Shown here piece by piece: positions 20,413-29,495 of a stretch of DNA of 53,477 nt. The notes under the pieces are model-generated. The model searched no databases. It was not told the DNA's origin and saw only the letters and a program-made list of their open reading frames with translations. Location: NCBI GenBank assembly GCA_049322255.1, contig JBMORE010000183.1, forward strand, positions 1 to 53,477, written 5' to 3'. Positions within the stretch are counted from its first letter, which is position 1, and the number at the start of each line of letters is the position of its first letter. The translations under genes and the position numbers were made by a program. The DNA is from Myxococcota bacterium (lineage in GTDB: Bacteria; Myxococcota; Myxococcia; Myxococcales; Myxococcaceae).

Positions 20413-21354
20413 ATGACCTTACGCCCCTCACCCCCACCCTCTCCCAAAGGGAGAGGGAGTCTCGCCCGCGAAATCGGCGACGAGGTGCTCGAGGACGAGC
20501 CGTTGGCGCCCAAGACCAGCGTCCGGGTGGGCGGCGCCGCCGAGGCGTTCGTGCGCCCCACGTCGCCCAAGGTGCTGGTCGCGCTGCTCTCCTTCATCCG
20601 CCGGATGGGCGCACCGCTCACCGTGCTCGGTGGAGGCGCCAACACGTTGGTGGGCGACGGCGGTGTTCCGGGCATCACCCTCAAGCTACCCGCAGACTCG
20701 TTTCCCGAGCAGGTCGACGTGGGCGAATCCGACGCGCGTATCACCCTGTGCGCTGGGACAGCCATCGTCCGCCTCATTCACCAGATGAAGGCGCACGGAC
20801 TGGTCGGCGCCGAGTTCCTCGCCGGCATCCCCGGCACCATCGGCGGCGCGTGCGCGATGAACGCAGGCACCAAGATGGGCGAATGTATGACGGTCGTCGA
20901 GGCGGTGGAGCTCGCGACCGCCGATGGGCTGGGTTGGCTGACGAAGAGCGAGCTTTCTTACCGCTATCGTCACACCACGCTTCCCGCCCAGAGCGTGGTC
21001 ACCCGTGTTCGCTTCTACTTGCCCAAGGGCGACCTCACGCAGTCACAGCAAAAGATGGACGAGGACCTCGCCTACCGAAAACGCACCCAGCCGCTCAACA
21101 TGCCCAACTTCGGCAGCGTCTTTACCAACCCTCCGGGTGACTTCGCCGGACGGCTCATCGAATCGGTACAGCTCAAGGGCCACACCATCGGTCGCGCGCA
21201 GATTTCGACTGTGCACGCCAACTGGATTGTCAACCTGGGCGGAGCGACCGCCAAAGACGTGGTGTCACTGATGGCGCTGGCGCAAACGCGCGTGCGCGAA
21301 GCGACCGGCGTCACGCTCGAGCCCGAGGTGAAGCGCGTGGGGGTGTTCCTGTGA
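20413..21354 (+). CDS. murB: UDP-N-acetylenolpyruvoylglucosamine reductase MurB
   Basis: VGGAA, LGGGANTL, GIPGTIGGA.MNAG, NFGSVFTNP, HANWIVN and LEPEV motifs; start uncertain (ATG 20413 chosen). Confidence 0.95.
   Translation: MTLRPSPPPSPKGRGSLAREIGDEVLEDEPLAPKTSVRVGGAAEAFVRPTSPKVLVALLSFIRRMGAPLTVLGGGANTLVGDGGVPGITLKLPADSFPEQVDVGESDARITLCAGTAIVRLIHQMKAHGLVGAEFLAGIPGTIGGACAMNAGTKMGECMTVVEAVELATADGLGWLTKSELSYRYRHTTLPAQSVVTRVRFYLPKGDLTQSQQKMDEDLAYRKRTQPLNMPNFGSVFTNPPGDFAGRLIESVQLKGHTIGRAQISTVHANWIVNLGGATAKDVVSLMALAQTRVREATGVTLEPEVKRVGVFL
20424..20457. repeat. 34-bp palindromic element at the 5' end of murB
   Basis: CCCCTCACCCccaCCCTCTCCCaaaGGGAGAGGG; inverted relative to the murC copy. Confidence 0.9.
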
Positions 21355-22286
21355 CCAAAGCAGAGCTCAAGGCGATGCGCGTGGGCGTCCTCCTCGGTGG
21401 GCTCTCGGTGGAGCGCGAGGTGAGCCAGCGCACTGGAGCTGCCGTGGCGGGCGCGTTGCGCTCGCGCGGCTACGACGTGGTGGAAATCGACGTGCAAAAG
21501 GACCTCGCGGCGCGCCTGGCGGCGGAGAAGGTGCAGGTGGCCTTCATTGCCCTGCACGGCCGCTTCGGCGAGGACGGCTGCGTGCAGGGCCTCCTCGAGG
21601 CGATGTTCATCCCCTACACCGGCTCGGGAGTGCTCGCCTCCGCGGTGGGGATGGAGAAGGTCTTCTCCAAGCAGATTTTCCTCGGGCACGGCATTCCCAC
21701 CCCGGCGTACCAAGCCTTCCGCGACGCGAAGAGCGCGCTGGCCGCCGCCGATTCGCTCCCCTTTCCCTTCCCGGTGGTGGTCAAGCCTTCCCGCGAGGGC
21801 TCCTCGGTGGGGGTGCACGTCTGCAAGACGCGCGAGGCCTACGCAGCGGCGGTCGAGGACGCGGCCAAGTACGCCGGTGTCTTGATGGTCGAGCAGTACG
21901 TGAAGGGCCGCGAGGTACAGGGCGCGGTGCTCGACGACGAGGCGCTGGGGGCGATTGAGATTGTCCCCGCCAACGAGTTCTACGACTACGACGCCAAGTA
22001 CAAGACGGGCAGCGGCACCCGCTACCTCTTTCCTGCGCCGTTGCCCCCCGAGCAGTACGCCCGGGTGAACGAGGTCTGCCTGGCCGCGCACCGCGCGCTG
22101 GGGTGCAGCGGGGCGACACGCTCCGACCTCATCGTCACCGAGAAAGGAGAGGTGTTCATCCTCGAGGTGAACACCTTGCCCGGAATGACCGCGACGAGCC
22201 TGCTGCCGAAGATCGCCGCGGGGAGAGGAATCGAATTCGCCGAGCTGTGCGAGCGGCTGCTCTTGGGGGCGTCGCTCAAAGCCTGA
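21351..22286 (+). CDS. ddl: D-alanine--D-alanine ligase
   Basis: GGLSVEREVS, LHGRFGEDG, KPSREGSSVG, FYDYDAKY and EVNTLPGMT motifs. Confidence 0.97.
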   Translation: MTKAELKAMRVGVLLGGLSVEREVSQRTGAAVAGALRSRGYDVVEIDVQKDLAARLAAEKVQVAFIALHGRFGEDGCVQGLLEAMFIPYTGSGVLASAVGMEKVFSKQIFLGHGIPTPAYQAFRDAKSALAAADSLPFPFPVVVKPSREGSSVGVHVCKTREAYAAAVEDAAKYAGVLMVEQYVKGREVQGAVLDDEALGAIEIVPANEFYDYDAKYKTGSGTRYLFPAPLPPEQYARVNEVCLAAHRALGCSGATRSDLIVTEKGEVFILEVNTLPGMTATSLLPKIAAGRGIEFAELCERLLLGASLKA

Positions 22287-22292
22287 TGGAGG

Positions 22293-22327
22293 GCTACAGC
22301 CACATAGCTGTGGCTAAAAAATTGCGG
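22293..22327 (+). promoter_or_regulatory. Putative regulatory motif upstream of ftsQ (shared with ftsZ)
   Basis: GCTACAGC-cacata-GCTGTGGC-TAAAAAA-TTGCGG. Confidence 0.55.
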
Positions 22328-22378
22328 TCCGATCGATGCGGCCTTTTGATGGGGGAAGCGGGAGAGCGCTGGGAAATC

Positions 22379-23206
22379 ATGGGGTTCGGTAAGCCAAAAA
22401 ACCGCCGCCGGGTAGACGGCGAACGCGCGGCCCAACGGCTCAAGGCCTCCGCGTCGCGCGTGGGTTCGGCGTTGGGGCGTGTGCTGGCGGCGCTGGCGCT
22501 GGGGGCGGGGCTTGCCGGTGGCGTGTGGTTCTTTCGCCTGTGGGCGCTCGCTTCGCCCCGGTTCTCCTTGCAGCAAGTGCAGTGCACCGGGCTGACGCGT
22601 GCTTCGCAGAGCGAGTTGTTGCGGTTGGCCGGTCTTGCCCCCGGGCAAAACCTCTTCTCGCTCGACGTCGACGCGGCGCAAAGAGCCATGGCTTCGCACC
22701 CGTGGGTGCAGAGCGTGACGGTGACCCGCCGCCTCCCCCACGGGCTGGACGTCACCGTGGTCGAGCATCAGCCGGTGGCGGTGGTGGCGCTGGGAGAGCT
22801 CTACCTCCTCGACGATGCGGGAGTACCCTTCAAGCGCCTGCAGCCGCACGATGGGGTCGATCTGCCCCTTCTCACCGGCGTTGCGCGCGAGGCGTACGTG
22901 GCTCGACCCGAAGAGATGGCCGCGCGGTTCATGAAGGCGGTGGCGGTGGCCAAGGCGTATCAGGCGGCTCCGGCCGCGCGTACCGAGAGGCTCTCGGAGG
23001 TACGGCTGGAGGGCGAGGAATTGGTGCTGGTGGTGGGCGAAGGCCAGGAGGTGCGCCTGGGCACCGGCGACGCGGCCTCGGCGCTGGCCCGGCTGGAGCG
23101 CGTGCGCGCCGAGCTTGCTCGCCGCGGTCTTTTCGCACGGGTGGTGCGGCTGGACAATCGGTCGCGACCCCAATGGGTCACGGTCGAAACGGAACCTCGG
23201 AAGTAG
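22379..23206 (+). CDS. ftsQ: Cell division protein FtsQ
   Basis: Basic N-terminus, one TM, POTRA domain (NLFSLD...HPWVQSVTVTRRLPHGL); lies between ddl and ftsA. Confidence 0.92.
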   Translation: MGFGKPKNRRRVDGERAAQRLKASASRVGSALGRVLAALALGAGLAGGVWFFRLWALASPRFSLQQVQCTGLTRASQSELLRLAGLAPGQNLFSLDVDAAQRAMASHPWVQSVTVTRRLPHGLDVTVVEHQPVAVVALGELYLLDDAGVPFKRLQPHDGVDLPLLTGVAREAYVARPEEMAARFMKAVAVAKAYQAAPAARTERLSEVRLEGEELVLVVGEGQEVRLGTGDAASALARLERVRAELARRGLFARVVRLDNRSRPQWVTVETEPRK

Positions 23207-23221
23207 CTTTTGGAGGAACGC

Positions 23222-24454
23222 ATGGCGAAGCAGAAGACGGGAGAAATCATCGTCGGGCTGGACATCGGCACGACGAAGATTTGCGCGATTGTCGGAGAGC
23301 TGACCGACGCGGGCATCGACATCATCGGTATCGGCACCCACCCGTCGAAGGGCTTGCGCAAGGGGGTGGTGGTGAACATCGAGGCGACGGTGGCCTCGAT
23401 TCGCCGGGCGATCGAGGAAGCCGAGCTGATGGCCGGCGCCGAGATTTCCCACGTGTACACCGGCATCGCCGGCGGGCACATCAAGGGCTTCAACAGCCAG
23501 GGCATCGTGGCGGTGAAGGAGAAAGAGGTTCGCGAGGCGGACATCGCCCGGGTCATCGATGCGGCGAAGGCGGTGGCCATTCCCCTCGACCGCGAGGTGA
23601 TTCACGTCCTGCCGCAGGAGTTCATCATCGACGACCAGGGCGGCATCAAGGAGCCTTTGGGCATGGCGGGGGTGCGCCTGGAGGCCAAAGTGCACATCGT
23701 CACCGGGGCGGTCTCGTCGGCGCAGAACATCGTCAAGTGCGCCAACCGCACCGGCTTGAACGTCTCGGACATCGTGCTGCAGCCGCTCGCCTCCAGCGAG
23801 GCGGTGCTCTCGGAGGACGAGAAGGAGCTGGGCGTCTGCCTGGTGGACATCGGCGGGGGCACCACCGACATCGCCATTTTCTCGGGCGGCTCGATCGTTC
23901 ACACCGCGGTGATTGCCTTGGGCGGAAACAACCTCACCTCGGACATCGCCATCGGCCTGCGCACTCCGGCCCACGAGGCCGAGCGCATCAAGCAAAAGTA
24001 CGGCTGCTGCCTCTCCTCGATGGTGAACAAGGACGAGACGCTCGAGGTGCCCTCGGTGGGTGGTCGCCAGCCGCGGGTGCTGGGCCGACAGATTCTGTGC
24101 GAAATCCTCGAGCCGCGGGTGGAGGAGATCTTCCAGCTGGTGCACCGCGAGGTGCAAAAGTGCGGCTTCGAGGACTTGCTCGCCTCGGGGGTGGTCATCA
24201 CCGGTGGCTCCACGCTGCTCGCCGGCATGCCCGAGCTGGCCGAGGAAGTCATCGGCCTGCCGGTGCGCCGGGGAATGCCGCGCGGCATCGGCGGCCTGGT
24301 CGATGTGGTGAAGAGCCCGATGTACGCCACCGGGGTGGGCCTGGTGGTTTACGGCGCCAAGCACCAGGACCGGCGCATCTTCCGCATTCGGGAGGAGAAC
24401 GTGTACCGCAAGGTGAAGGGGCGGATGCGCGAGTGGTTGGAGGAGATTTTCTAG
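23222..24454 (+). CDS. ftsA: Cell division protein FtsA
   Basis: GLDIGTTKI, DIGGGTTD and VITGGS motifs; amphipathic C-terminus (MREWLEEIF). Confidence 0.98.
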   Translation: MAKQKTGEIIVGLDIGTTKICAIVGELTDAGIDIIGIGTHPSKGLRKGVVVNIEATVASIRRAIEEAELMAGAEISHVYTGIAGGHIKGFNSQGIVAVKEKEVREADIARVIDAAKAVAIPLDREVIHVLPQEFIIDDQGGIKEPLGMAGVRLEAKVHIVTGAVSSAQNIVKCANRTGLNVSDIVLQPLASSEAVLSEDEKELGVCLVDIGGGTTDIAIFSGGSIVHTAVIALGGNNLTSDIAIGLRTPAHEAERIKQKYGCCLSSMVNKDETLEVPSVGGRQPRVLGRQILCEILEPRVEEIFQLVHREVQKCGFEDLLASGVVITGGSTLLAGMPELAEEVIGLPVRRGMPRGIGGLVDVVKSPMYATGVGLVVYGAKHQDRRIFRIREENVYRKVKGRMREWLEEIF

Positions 24455-24482
24455 CTACAGCGCTGTAGCCAAAAACTTGCGA
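24454..24482 (+). promoter_or_regulatory. Putative regulatory motif upstream of ftsZ (shared with ftsQ)
   Basis: Perfect 16-bp palindrome GCTACAGCGCTGTAGC followed by CAAAAAC-TTGCGA. Confidence 0.55.
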
Positions 24483-24531
24483 CTTCTCGGGTCGGCTCGA
24501 TGATGAAGCCGCGCACGCGAAAGAGGACTCC

Positions 24532-25749
24532 ATGGACAACATCGACTCCAAGCAGACGGCGAAAATCCGCGTGGTGGGCGTGGGCGGGGGCGGCAGCAAC
24601 GCGGTGAACACGATGATTGCCGCCAACCTCGACCGGGTCGACTTCATCGCCGCCAACACCGACATTCAGGCGCTGGCGAACAACAGGGCCACCACCAAGA
24701 TTCAGATTGGGGCCACGTTGACCAAGGGCCTGGGCGCGGGCGCCAACCCGGAGATGGGCCGTGAGGCGGCCCTGGAGTCGCGCGACGCCATCGCTGCTCA
24801 CCTCGAAGGCGCGGACATGGTGTTCGTCACCGCCGGCATGGGGGGCGGCACCGGCACCGGCGCCGCGCCGGTCATCGCCGACATCGCCAAGAGCCTGGGG
24901 GCGCTCACCGTGGGCGTGGTGACCAAGCCCTTCATGTTCGAGGGGAACAAGCGCCGCAAGCAGGCCGAGCAGGGCATCGTCGAGCTCAAGGCCGCGGTGG
25001 ACACGCTCATCACCATTCCCAACCAGCGGCTGCTCTCGCTCTCCAACGAGCCGATGCCCTTGCTCGACACTTTCAAGCGCGCCGACGAGGTGCTGCTCAA
25101 CGCAGTGCAAGGCATCAGCGACCTCATTCAGTACCACGGGTACATCAACGTCGACTTCGCCGATGTGAAGACCATCATGAGCGACAAGGGCCTGGCGCTG
25201 ATGGGCACCGGCCGCGCCACCGGCGACAAGCGCGCGCTGGTCGCCATGCAGCAGGCGATTGCCAGCCCGCTGCTCGAGGAGGTCACCATCGACGGCGCCA
25301 CCGGGCTGCTCATCAACATCACCGGCGGCCGCGACATGACCCTGCAGGAGGTCAACGAGGCGCTCACCCTGGTGCACGACGCCGCCGACCCCGAGGCGGA
25401 GATCATTTTTGGCTCGCTCATCGACGACGGCATTCGTGACGAGGTGAAAATCACCATCATCGCCACCGGGTTCGTACACCGTGAGGCGAAGGTGCGTGCT
25501 CCGGTGACCCAGCCGGTGCAGGTGCCGCTCTTGGCCCGGCCCGCCATGCCGGTGGCTCCGCCGGTGCGCGAAGAGGTGGCCACCCTGGTTCCCGCCAAGA
25601 CCGGCGCGCGGACGTTGAGCGGCGAGCACCGCGCCCCCGCCCCCAGCCCCCGCGTGGCCACGGTGAAGGACGCCAGCCTGCCACTCGACGAGGACCAGTT
25701 CGACATCCCCACCTTCCTGCGGCGGCAGGGGCAGACGGAGATGCCGTAA
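24532..25749 (+). CDS. ftsZ: Cell division protein FtsZ
   Basis: [16 protein letters not shown] tubulin signature, INVDFADV and C-terminal DIPTFLRR. Confidence 0.99.
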   Translation: MDNIDSKQTAKIRVVGVGGGGSNAVNTMIAANLDRVDFIAANTDIQALANNRATTKIQIGATLTKGLGAGANPEMGREAALESRDAIAAHLEGADMVFVTAGMGGGTGTGAAPVIADIAKSLGALTVGVVTKPFMFEGNKRRKQAEQGIVELKAAVDTLITIPNQRLLSLSNEPMPLLDTFKRADEVLLNAVQGISDLIQYHGYINVDFADVKTIMSDKGLALMGTGRATGDKRALVAMQQAIASPLLEEVTIDGATGLLINITGGRDMTLQEVNEALTLVHDAADPEAEIIFGSLIDDGIRDEVKITIIATGFVHREAKVRAPVTQPVQVPLLARPAMPVAPPVREEVATLVPAKTGARTLSGEHRAPAPSPRVATVKDASLPLDEDQFDIPTFLRRQGQTEMP

Positions 25750-25752
25750 CGT

Positions 25753-26151
25753 TTAGGCGGGCGGAATTCCCTCTTCGTCGAAATCCGAGTCGAAGGCAAA
25801 AGCCGCGTCGAGCTTCAGCTCGGTGAAGAGGACGAAGGACACCGCATCGACCAAGCTGAGCGTGCGTCGCTTTCGTTTCAGCCATAGATCAACACTTTTC
25901 TCGTGTAGCTCACGGTCGACCCACACCACGTCGAGCAGCGGCAGCATCGCTTCGCGAAAGCTCGCGACAGCGTCGAGACCAATTCGCCGGCACAGAAGGG
26001 CGTAGGTTTCGACCAACACGTACGAGCTGGTCACGAGGGTTGCCTGCTCCGCGGCCAGGCGCTCGAAGGTGGCAACCGCTTCCCGATGCCGTGCGTCTGA
26101 GCGAACGGTGAACGCCATGCAGGCAGAGGTGTCGACCAAGACCTTCGTCAA
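25753..26151 (-). CDS. vapC: PIN-domain (VapC-like) toxin
   Basis: VLVDTSA...YVLVET...SLVDAVSF...AFDSDF acidic PIN tetrad. Confidence 0.9.
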   Translation of the reverse strand: MTKVLVDTSACMAFTVRSDARHREAVATFERLAAEQATLVTSSYVLVETYALLCRRIGLDAVASFREAMLPLLDVVWVDRELHEKSVDLWLKRKRRTLSLVDAVSFVLFTELKLDAAFAFDSDFDEEGIPPA

Positions 26152-26396
26152 TCGAAGGCCTTATCGAGGTACTTGTCATGATGGGTGGCCAGGTCGCGTG
26201 CGCCTCGTCGGTCTTTGAACTTGCCCGCAAGCTTGAGGGCGCGCGCATAAAGGTCGCGGCGGTCGGGGGCCTCTTGCTCGAGGCCGCGGTCGACGCATCG
26301 CCGTACCGCTTCCGAAAAGGAGATGCCCCTTCGCCGGGCAACGGTTCGCAGTGCACGGGACTGGGCCTCGGTGAGCTGAACCTGCGTGCGAACCAT
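26148..26396 (-). CDS. Ribbon-helix-helix antitoxin (VapB-like)
   Basis: MVRTQVQLTE...GISFSEAVRRCVD RHH; HDKYL tail; coupled to the PIN gene. Confidence 0.85.
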   Translation of the reverse strand: MVRTQVQLTEAQSRALRTVARRRGISFSEAVRRCVDRGLEQEAPDRRDLYARALKLAGKFKDRRGARDLATHHDKYLDKAFD

Positions 26397-26431
26397 GGCA
26401 CATCAGTAGTGCCATCATGATGTGATGTCAA
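26395..26431 (-). promoter_or_regulatory. TA promoter/operator
   Basis: Minus strand TTGACA-N17-TACTGA-N6-ATG; inverted repeat ATGGCAC-N7-GTGCCAT; palindrome CATCATGATG. Confidence 0.6.
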
Positions 26432-26700
26432 TCTGACGGCTGTTTGCCGGTTCGCACACGAGCGCGACGCAGAGCGCGTGCGAAAAGAGCCCAGGCGGCG
26501 AAGGCAGCCAGCATCAGCCCCAGCGACACCGGTCCCCACAACCAGTCAGCCAGGCGATTGGCTGAGGGATCGGCGTCGCCGTCGCGAGGCCAGTCGCCCG
26601 TCAGCGAGAAAATCATCTTGGCCGCACTCCAGATGCAGACAAGCCCCAGAGCCAAGATGCCGGCGACGGACGCCGCGGTTTGCCACTTGAACGATTTCAT
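26428..26700 (-). CDS. Small hypothetical membrane protein (2 TM)
   Basis: Two hydrophobic helices; ATGA-coupled to the upstream gene with GGAGG SD. Confidence 0.6.
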   Translation of the reverse strand: MKSFKWQTAASVAGILALGLVCIWSAAKMIFSLTGDWPRDGDADPSANRLADWLWGPVSLGLMLAAFAAWALFARALRRARVRTGKQPSD

Positions 26701-27437
26701 CGACGTCCCTCCTCACCCTCTCCGGACTGGGTGACGCGGAACTTGAACATCCGCTGGCGGTGGCTGCTGCCGTCGAGCTCACGGAAGAGATAGCCGCGGA
26801 AGACCATCAGCAGGTGGAAGAAGGCGCTCCCGACGAGCCCCGAGGCGATGAAGCCGGGAAGGGGCAGCTTCAGCACCACCTCCACCAGCAAGAAATAGAG
26901 CGCGGCCAACCCGACCAGGTTGGGAATGAACCACTCGATCCAGTTCTCCTGGAGGAACTTCACGCTGCGTTGAATGGTGTCGACACCTCCGCGCGTGCCG
27001 CGCAGGTAGATGACCTCGGGGGCGGCGTTGAGCACGACGAGGGTGAGCAGCCACACGGCGAGCGAGAGGGTGCCTGCGTTCGGCGTTCGTGCGATGACCA
27101 GGTTCAACACCAGGCGGACGACCCACAGCACGAAGAACAGGTTGAGCACCGACCAGAAGTACGCTCCGAAGCTCTTCTTCAGCTCGCCTAAGTGCACCTT
27201 GGAGTGCGAGACGACTTCCCCCACGAAGTAGAGATAGCAGCTGTAGACCGCATCGAGCGCCAGGGCGAGGAGGAAGCCCCCCACAATTCCCAGCGGCGCC
27301 AGCAGCGGTTCGGCGATGTGGAAGGTGTAGAAGAGCCCCAGCGGCAACAAGAGCGTCCACGGGCTCTTCTTGATCCCCCGCACCGCGAGGCGAAGGCAGC
27401 TGGCGTAGAGGTTCAGATAGACGCGTACCGCCTTCAC
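26697..27437 (-). CDS. Hypothetical integral membrane protein (~6 TM)
   Basis: Hydrophobic segments, strong GC3 bias, GAGG SD. Confidence 0.8.
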   Translation of the reverse strand: MKAVRVYLNLYASCLRLAVRGIKKSPWTLLLPLGLFYTFHIAEPLLAPLGIVGGFLLALALDAVYSCYLYFVGEVVSHSKVHLGELKKSFGAYFWSVLNLFFVLWVVRLVLNLVIARTPNAGTLSLAVWLLTLVVLNAAPEVIYLRGTRGGVDTIQRSVKFLQENWIEWFIPNLVGLAALYFLLVEVVLKLPLPGFIASGLVGSAFFHLLMVFRGYLFRELDGSSHRQRMFKFRVTQSGEGEEGRR

Positions 27438-27445
27438 CTACGACC

Positions 27446-27826
27446 TCACTCGGTGCGCAGTCGGGCCAGGTAGTGGCCGGTTCGCTCGGTGAGCGCGTTG
27501 GTGCGCTCCAAGAGCCCGTCGAGCTCGTCGAACATCGCGTCGACCTGCTTGGCCGAGCGCGGCGCCGGCACGTCGCCGACGTTGGCGAGGCGGGCGAGCA
27601 GGGTGCTCACCTTCAGCATGTGCTGGTGGGCGAGGAGCAGGTCGCGACCGATCTTGGCTCCGTCGCGGGAAAAGAGCGCCCCGGTCTGGTACAGGCGGCC
27701 GATCGCCCTGCGGTTGGTCTCGATGATCGCGCCGATGCGCTGCCGGTACGCGTCGACCCGACGTCGGGCGCGCACCGCCGCGAGCAGCACCACATTGTTC
27801 GGATGCGGGGGAGGTTTCTTCGCCAC
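27446..27826 (-). CDS. Hypothetical helical protein
   Basis: Coding-like codon usage; operon-like spacing with the downstream gene. Confidence 0.7.
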   Translation of the reverse strand: MAKKPPPHPNNVVLLAAVRARRRVDAYRQRIGAIIETNRRAIGRLYQTGALFSRDGAKIGRDLLLAHQHMLKVSTLLARLANVGDVPAPRSAKQVDAMFDELDGLLERTNALTERTGHYLARLRTE

Positions 27827-27833
27827 GTCGCCG

Positions 27834-27903
27834 ACCCTACGCCACGCCCCGAAGCGCGCGCAACGAGGACTCGCTTGTCAGCTCACGAGGCGACGGTTAG
27901 GGT
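27834..27903. promoter_or_regulatory. Divergent sigma70-type promoters
   Basis: Plus strand TTGTCA(27875)-N17-TAGGGT(27898)-N8-GTG; minus strand TTGCGC-N18-TAGGGT-N7-GTG(27826). Confidence 0.5.
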
Positions 27904-27911
27904 CCCAGGCC

Positions 27912-29261
27912 GTGTTCGGCAAGCTCTTGATTGCCAACCGCGCAGAGATCGCCCGGCGCATCAACACGGTCGCTCGCTCCATGGGCATCTCCACCGTGGC
28001 GGTCTACTCCGACGTGGACGAGAAGCTGCCCTTCGTGCGCGAGGCCAGCGAGGCGGTGCGGCTGGGCCCCGCTCCGGCAAAGGACAGCTACCTGAACGCG
28101 GCCGCGGTGCTCGAGGCGGCGAAGAAGACGGGCGCGCAGGCGGTGCACCCCGGCTACGGCTTTCTCTCCGAGAACGGCGACTTCGCGCGTGCCTGCGCCG
28201 AGGCGGGGCTTTTGTTCGTGGGGCCTCCGCCCGAAGCGATGGCTCGCATGAAGGACAAGAGCCAAGCCCGCAAGCTGGTTTCCGCGGCGGGGGTCCCAGT
28301 GGTTCCCGGGTCAGCCGATGTTCTCCCCGACGTGGAGACGGCCAAGGGTGAGGCCGAGCGAATCGGCTACCCGGTGCTGGTGAAGGCGGCAGGCGGGGGA
28401 GGCGGCATCGGCATGGCGCCCGCCAGGGATGCGGCCGAGCTGGAGAAGGCCTTTCGTCAATGCACCGACCGCGCCCGAGCCGCCTTCGGCCGCGAGGGGG
28501 TGTACCTCGAGCGCTATTTCCCGGCGCCGCGCCACCTCGAGGTGCAGATTCTCGGCGACCACCACGGTCACCTCATTCACTGTTTGGAACGTGAGTGCTC
28601 CATCCAAAGGCGCCACCAGAAGGTGGTCGAGGAGGCGGGCTCCCCGCTCTTTACCGACGGGGCCAACGAGGCCTTGCGGCAGCAGATGTTCACGGCGGCG
28701 GTCGCGGCGGCCAAGGCCTTCGGTTACGCCAACGCCGGGACCGTCGAGCTCCTCTACGCCGACGGCGCCTTCTACTTCATCGAGATGAACGCCCGGCTAC
28801 AAGTTGAGCACCCGGTGACCGAGCTGACGACCGGCTTGGACCTCATTGGCTGGCAGCTGCGCATCGCCGCGGGGGAGAAGCTTTCGGTGAAGCAGGAAGA
28901 GGTGAAGCGAACCGGGGCGGCGATCGAGTTTCGCATCTACGCCGAAGACCCAGTGAAATTCTTCCCTTCGCCAGGCACTCTCCAGCGCTTCGTGCCTCCC
29001 ACCGGAGAAGGGGTTCGGCTCGACGCCGGCTACGAAGCCGGCTCGACGGTGACGCCCCACTACGACCCGATGATTGCCAAGCTCATCGTCTTCGGCCAAA
29101 GCCGCACGGAGGCGATTTCTCGCTCGGCCGCGGCCCTGGAGACTTTCCGCATCGAAGGCATCAAGACCAACATCCCTCTGCACCAGCGCATCGTGAAAGA
29201 CCCTGCCTTCAACGCCGGGCACCTCTCGACGCGCTTTCTCGAAGAGCACGCCCGTCCCTAG
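27912..29261 (+). CDS. accC: Biotin carboxylase (acyl-CoA carboxylase subunit)
   Basis: KLLIANRAEIA, HPGYGFLSEN, GGGGIGM, RECSIQRRHQK, EMNARLQVEH and YDPMIAK motifs. Confidence 0.95.
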   Translation: MFGKLLIANRAEIARRINTVARSMGISTVAVYSDVDEKLPFVREASEAVRLGPAPAKDSYLNAAAVLEAAKKTGAQAVHPGYGFLSENGDFARACAEAGLLFVGPPPEAMARMKDKSQARKLVSAAGVPVVPGSADVLPDVETAKGEAERIGYPVLVKAAGGGGGIGMAPARDAAELEKAFRQCTDRARAAFGREGVYLERYFPAPRHLEVQILGDHHGHLIHCLERECSIQRRHQKVVEEAGSPLFTDGANEALRQQMFTAAVAAAKAFGYANAGTVELLYADGAFYFIEMNARLQVEHPVTELTTGLDLIGWQLRIAAGEKLSVKQEEVKRTGAAIEFRIYAEDPVKFFPSPGTLQRFVPPTGEGVRLDAGYEAGSTVTPHYDPMIAKLIVFGQSRTEAISRSAAALETFRIEGIKTNIPLHQRIVKDPAFNAGHLSTRFLEEHARP

Positions 29262-29280
29262 CCCTTTGGAGGAACTGTCG

Positions 29281-29493
29281 ATGGCCGACGTCGCCGCCCA
29301 CATCACCGGCACCGTGTGGAAGATCGAGTGCAAGGTTGGCCAGAGCGTCGCCTCGGGCGACACCTTGGTCATTCTCGAGTCGATGAAGATGGAAATGCCG
29401 GTAGAAGCGCCCGAAGGGGGAATGGTGAAGGAAATCCGCTGCCAGGAATCTCAGGCGGTCAACGAGGGCGACATCCTCGTCGTCCTCGGTTGA
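29281..29493 (+). CDS. Stand-alone biotin carboxyl carrier protein
   Basis: ESMKME biotinylation motif; 70 aa. Confidence 0.92.
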   Translation: MADVAAHITGTVWKIECKVGQSVASGDTLVILESMKMEMPVEAPEGGMVKEIRCQESQAVNEGDILVVLG

Positions 29494-29495
29494 CA

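Noticed and set aside
20132..20416. 94-aa ORF with RERERE and YPYPYP tracts
   Set aside because: Translation artefact of the hexamer-repeat foldback; no coding signature.
26707..26723. CCCTCCTCACCCTCTCC, resembling the palindromic element
   Set aside because: Lacks the GGGAGAGGG arm; explicable as the SD and codons at a gene junction.
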